This document shows positions 31,652 to 32,000 of a DNA stretch of 32,000 nucleotides, piece by piece. The notes under the pieces were generated by a model. The model was not told where the DNA came from. It made no database searches and was given only the letters and a program-made list of their open reading frames with translations. Numbering within the stretch: the stretch's first letter is position 1; each line of letters opens with the position of its first letter. Origin of the DNA: Candidatus Saccharimonadota bacterium (GTDB taxonomy: Bacteria > Patescibacteriota > Patescibacteriia > 2-12-FULL-60-25). The DNA lies in NCBI GenBank assembly GCA_022843095.1, contig JALHOH010000001.1:450001-482000 (forward strand), written 5' to 3'. A program made the translations under genes and the position numbers.

Positions 31652-32000
31652 ATGCCACAACGCGCAACGGCGCAGCAACACGGATTCTTGCTTGGCAAAA
31701 CCATTTTTCGCGGCGCAAATCAAAAACAAATTGAACGGCGTATTTTTGGAATGGATCAAAAAAAATTGACCGGCGCGCTGCAAAAACGGGGATTAGAAAA
31801 AGTGTCCACAAAAGAGGTGGTGGATGTGCTAACCGGAAAATCGCGCACGGGACTAAAAGCGCGGGACATGGCTCGGGTGGTGCAGGCGTTCCAGGATTTG
31901 GGCGTGGCTACCGATCGCGAGGGGGCGAGTACCTTGGTGATGCGCGCAGGTAGAACGGCACAGGGAATGGAGAATGGTGTGACGCTAAAGGACACATTGA
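31652..32000 (+). CDS. Hypothetical protein, N-terminal 116 codons (runs off the window)
   Basis: The frame is open from ATG 31652 (TATATG context) to the window end with no stop: MPQRATAQQHGFLLGKTIFRGANQKQIERRIFGMDQKKLTGALQKRGLEKV.... It is not in the ORF track because it is unterminated. It is more A/T-rich than its neighbours. Confidence 0.4.
   Translation, partial: MPQRATAQQHGFLLGKTIFRGANQKQIERRIFGMDQKKLTGALQKRGLEKVSTKEVVDVLTGKSRTGLKARDMARVVQAFQDLGVATDREGASTLVMRAGRTAQGMENGVTLKDTL

Noticed and set aside
26126-31811. Large minus-strand ORFs 26126..27157 (343 aa), 28776..30116 (446 aa) and 30189..31811 (540 aa)
   Set aside because: They lie antisense to the double-GT2 gene, to prfA plus the nucleotidyltransferase, and to the lipoprotein respectively. 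The products are Arg/His/Pro-rich and cross gene boundaries of well-supported plus-strand genes.
1-32000. Alternative genetic code (UGA recoding, as in some CPR lineages)
   Set aside because: Conserved genes are full length with the standard code and contain no in-frame TGA. TGA terminates adk, the HIT-like gene and the 17799 gene at sensible lengths.
1-32000. Mobile elements, prophage or defence islands
   Set aside because: Reading all ORFs of 60 aa or more, I found no transposase, integrase, recombinase, reverse transcriptase, restriction/methylase pair, Cas or defence-type nuclease/ATPase signatures. The only direct repeats seen are short operon-junction motifs.

Overview
GC-rich bacterial chromosomal segment dominated by the translation super-operon. 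Order: 3' end of fusA, a ~3 kb four-gene insert, then tuf-rpsJ-[~290 nt structured spacer]-rplC-rplD-rplW-rplB-rpsS-rplV-rpsC-rplP-rpmC-rpsQ-rplN-rplX-rplE-rpsN(61 aa Zn type)-rpsH-rplF-rplR-rpsE-rplO-secY, a terminator, then adk-map-hypothetical. rpmD (L30) is absent between rpsE and rplO, and the infA-rpmJ-rpsM-rpsK-rpsD-rpoA-rplQ block does not follow map. This fits a CPR/Patescibacteria-type genome but does not prove it. Downstream lie two hypothetical proteins, a small SAM methyltransferase, tRNA-Val(GAC), two small membrane proteins, tRNA-Gln(CTG) and an NDH-2-like flavoprotein. After these come a 6-deoxyhexose (rhamnose-type)/GT2 glycosylation cluster, rpmE-prfA, a second sugar nucleotidyltransferase, a Pro/Asp-repeat lipoprotein and the start of one more ORF. 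I see no rRNA, CRISPR array, transposase/integrase or recognisable defence or toxin system, so nothing here can honestly be called a new multi-gene system. Four signals deserve follow-up. (1) A multi-hairpin ~200 nt element with an SD-led 27-codon sORF, a terminator-like end and a promoter-like box sits between rpsJ and rplC. (2) The window has an almost SD-free start grammar (NTATG, mostly TAA-N3-ATG junctions) that places long runs of ribosomal genes in one reading frame. This also produces the giant antisense ORFs in the ORF track. (3) One polypeptide fuses a plant/giant-virus NRS/ER-like epimerase-reductase domain to an RmlA-type thymidylyltransferase, in a cluster with rmlB but no rmlC. 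(4) A lipoprotein carries six PPPD(I/V)Q repeats that differ from each other mostly by synonymous changes. All functional calls come from reading the translated ORFs by eye, and no database search was run.
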